From contig NC_081332.1 in NCBI RefSeq assembly GCF_022539665.2, positions 2,418,001 to 2,482,000 on the forward strand: 64,000 nt of DNA, read 5' to 3'. Origin of the DNA: Daphnia carinata (lineage: Eukaryota). Position 1 is the stretch's first letter. Each line of letters opens with the position of its first letter. Position numbers and translations under genes: made by a program. Below the pieces are notes generated by a model, which saw only the letters and a list, made by a program, of their open reading frames with translations, had not been told where the DNA came from and searched no databases. Below are positions 61,217 through 64,000 of this stretch, piece after piece.

Positions 61217-63637
61217 TTAGACGCAAGCTGTGGGATAAAATTCAGCCCAGCTCCTGTCTTTCATGTCCACGTAATCAGCCCCAACCACGCATGACTTGAA
61301 AGTATGTGCTAGACGATTCCTGTTGCAATCCAAACATTAATCAGACGAACAGTTTTCACATCTTTAAATAAAAAAATAAAAAACGTACGATTCTGGGTAG
61401 TTGTTCAGTTCAGAAATTTCCACACTTCTAACGTAGATGTGATCATTACAGAAGAGGCCACAAGTAGAACCGAGATCGAGAACGGAACCGTCATAATTCC
61501 AGAACAACTCCACACGTTGAATGTTGCCCACATTAAAAGGATCGATGAACATCATGTAGGTATCTGCTCCATGCACAAACTTATGGCTTTTACTAATTTT
61601 TAAAATAAGAATAATTCAAAAGCACATTGCATTTGGTAGATGATGGTACGCAAACCTACTCGGCAATGACCATGTCAACAAGTTGCCCCGCCGTTCCATA
61701 CAAAGAGATGCGCATTGTACCGTAGACGAACGCTTCAGCCTCAGCAGGGTAAGCTAGATTCACTTTGATGCTATAATGGTACTCTACAAACAAAGACAAC
61801 AAATTTATAACAAAATTAATGAACTATACTTTTTAGTTCAACTCACTGATATAAGGAACGTCTTTGCCCGTGTCAAACAAGAGTGTGACAAAATTTCTGT
61901 CTCGTGACGGATACAGTGAAGCGTCAATACCAAATTTAGCACAGTTCAAGTTGTCTGCACCGCAGGAATAGCACTCGCCCTTTTAATTAAAATGATTAAT
62001 CTCCGAATGAGGTTAAGAGTGAGATAACAATCTTACGCGATGGAAAGCCTCGTTATCGGAACATTCGTAACCAACATAGTTGTAGTTGGGCAAAAGAGAA
62101 TCGATGAAGAATTCAATGCAACGCAAATGGTTACACGCCGCCAGTTCTCTGCCACCTGTCACCATATCTTCAGTGATCATGTCCAAAGGAATATCAACTG
62201 GATTGCATCCGGGCTGATCTCGTCCACCATTCGGATAGAAGTCCAGGTGTCCTACGGGCTGTATCATGCCGTAACCTGTACAGGTTGTGTCATATTATAC
62301 CTCTAAATAAATATTCATGTTTTGCTGATTATAAGTTTACCTAGCAGGAGAATAGTTCTAGTGTCTGTGTGGATGGCGTCGACGAATTTAGCGTCGGTGG
62401 GATCGAGACGCACATGAGTCGGCATGTACTGGAAGTAAGGTTCAGCTGGATCGAGACCAGTAATCCTACCAAGGCCTTCAATTCCCTCGCCTGCATAACC
62501 AACGGTGTGGGCTCCCAAAGAATGACCGATAAGATGGACCATGCCGGGATCAACTCCAAAATTAGTCTGTCAGAATAAAGTAGCATTTTTTTTTGTTTAG
62601 ATTATAATTTTTTTAAGATTTCCTAAAGCCTATAGTGCACATACAATCATAGTGTTGACCATGTAGGCAATTTCAAGGCCAACCACTCTTGTGTTGGCAG
62701 TGGCTTGGCTATACATGAAGGAAAACATGGAGTTATTGACATAGTTAACGATGCTGTATGATGGGTGATGACACATACCTATACATAGGGAGAGAACCCC
62801 CTCCCCAGTTAACAATGATTACATTGTAATCACCATGGGCTAGCAAATTCTCGGTGAGTCTCTAAAATTAGAATGTTCTGTAAAAATATGCTAATTGCAG
62901 AAGTATGTTCGATTTTACCTTCATCCACCTGACAGTTCCATCGTCAATGAATCCGTGAACTAAAAATTGGGTGGGTCGGTTAGGATTGAAAGTCGAATAG
63001 CGAATGGTATCCAAATCATTGGCGTACAGCATAGTGTCCTTTAACAAAAATTCATCATGAAGAACGTCATCACAATAATTGATTTTTGCCTATTTTTTAG
63101 GTTTTCATTTGGCACCTGAGTTGGTCTTTCTCTCGTGTGCAAGATGAATCTTGTGTTAATCTTCTCTCTGGGCAATGGCTCCTGATTGATGGGTCGATGA
63201 GTTGGGTCGTACCAGCTATCATCGACGGTTATGCAACCAATCTCTCCATAGCAGTAGGTGACCGGATCCACTGGAAAATCCCGTTCCAAACATTTTAATT
63301 ATTTCAATTTGCAACCGATTACTTAACGTCGACGTTTAACAGATATCGGGTTTCGTTGTGTGATGCCTTAAATTTTGGCTTAGTTTTTTTTTATTGTAGT
63401 CGAACACTCACTTTTCAAATCCGCTGGCTGGACATCTGCTTGGTGTCTAGGGATACCACCCCTCTGCTGGACTAGATTTTCGTGGTAATCACGACCGTGT
63501 TTGATGAGAGCGCGGAAGTCTCGGGCGACTCGATTCTTGGACTCGTTGACACACGACTCGCGGGCCAAAGGTCCGGTCAGGGCCAAGCCAGCGAATCCGA
63601 GACAGACAAACGAGATGAACCACACTGATGCAGTCAT
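61217..63637 (-). CDS. Pancreatic lipase-related protein (lipase plus PLAT domain), multi-exon
   Basis: Signal peptide; [23 protein letters not shown] nucleophile elbow; [27 protein letters not shown]-terminal PLAT-like strands; stop TAA at 61219-61217. Confidence 0.95.
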
Positions 63638-63790
63638 TTTGTGTTTCTGTTTCAGAGCAAAAACAAAAGAAAAAAGCAAATTAAGAATGTGGGGTGACCC
63701 ATTTAATTTTGAATTTCAATCAAGACCCTACGGTTATGCGTAAATGACAACGTCCTGTGGTCTGCTCACGAAGCTGCAAATGGCCCTCGT

Positions 63791-63797
63791 ATTTATA
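63791..63797 (-). promoter_or_regulatory. TATA box of lipase gene
   Basis: TATAAAT on the minus strand about 155 nt upstream of ATG 63637. Confidence 0.5.
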
Positions 63798-64000
63798 GCC
63801 TCTGAGAAGTTACGTTTTCCATCAGCAAACAGGAGACATTGGAACACCTAACGGCTGACCTAGACGTCACTCCAATCAAACACGGAGGCCCGGTTGATAT
63901 GGCTGAAAAAAAACCCTATTAAGCCATCGTTTTCGTAATCCACACTTTATCGGGACCAGACGTAAGTTTTATTTGTCCAGTTCGCATAACATAGCTGTCC

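Overview
Eukaryotic, gene-dense arthropod DNA with short (~60-100 nt) introns. The gene content and architecture point to a branchiopod crustacean such as Daphnia (inference). About 22 protein genes can be reconstructed by hand: TXNDC17, USB1, a coiled-coil gene, a ZDHHC3/7-type palmitoyltransferase, an icarapin-like secreted protein, a CPR cuticle protein, four tandem trypsin-like proteases, a large multi-C2H2 zinc-finger gene, kindlin/fermitin, IBA57, CDPF1, RBM34, mitochondrial IF2, an acylphosphatase-like gene, eIF3k, an orphan repeat protein, Myt1 kinase and a pancreatic-type lipase. There is also an intron-containing tRNA-Ser(GCT) and a decayed THAP ORF between inverted repeats. Four observations stand out. 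(1) A pair of phase-locked mutually exclusive exons rewrites the helices of two adjacent zinc fingers and the linker between them. (2) Intronless IBA57 appears nested in the 5'-UTR intron of same-strand CDPF1. (3) A candidate 39-nt kindlin cassette exon folds into a hairpin over its own donor site. (4) A THAP transposon fossil has inverted repeats carrying CTCF-like motifs next to the kindlin promoter. All gene names come from motif recognition, not from database searches, and exon boundaries were read manually.
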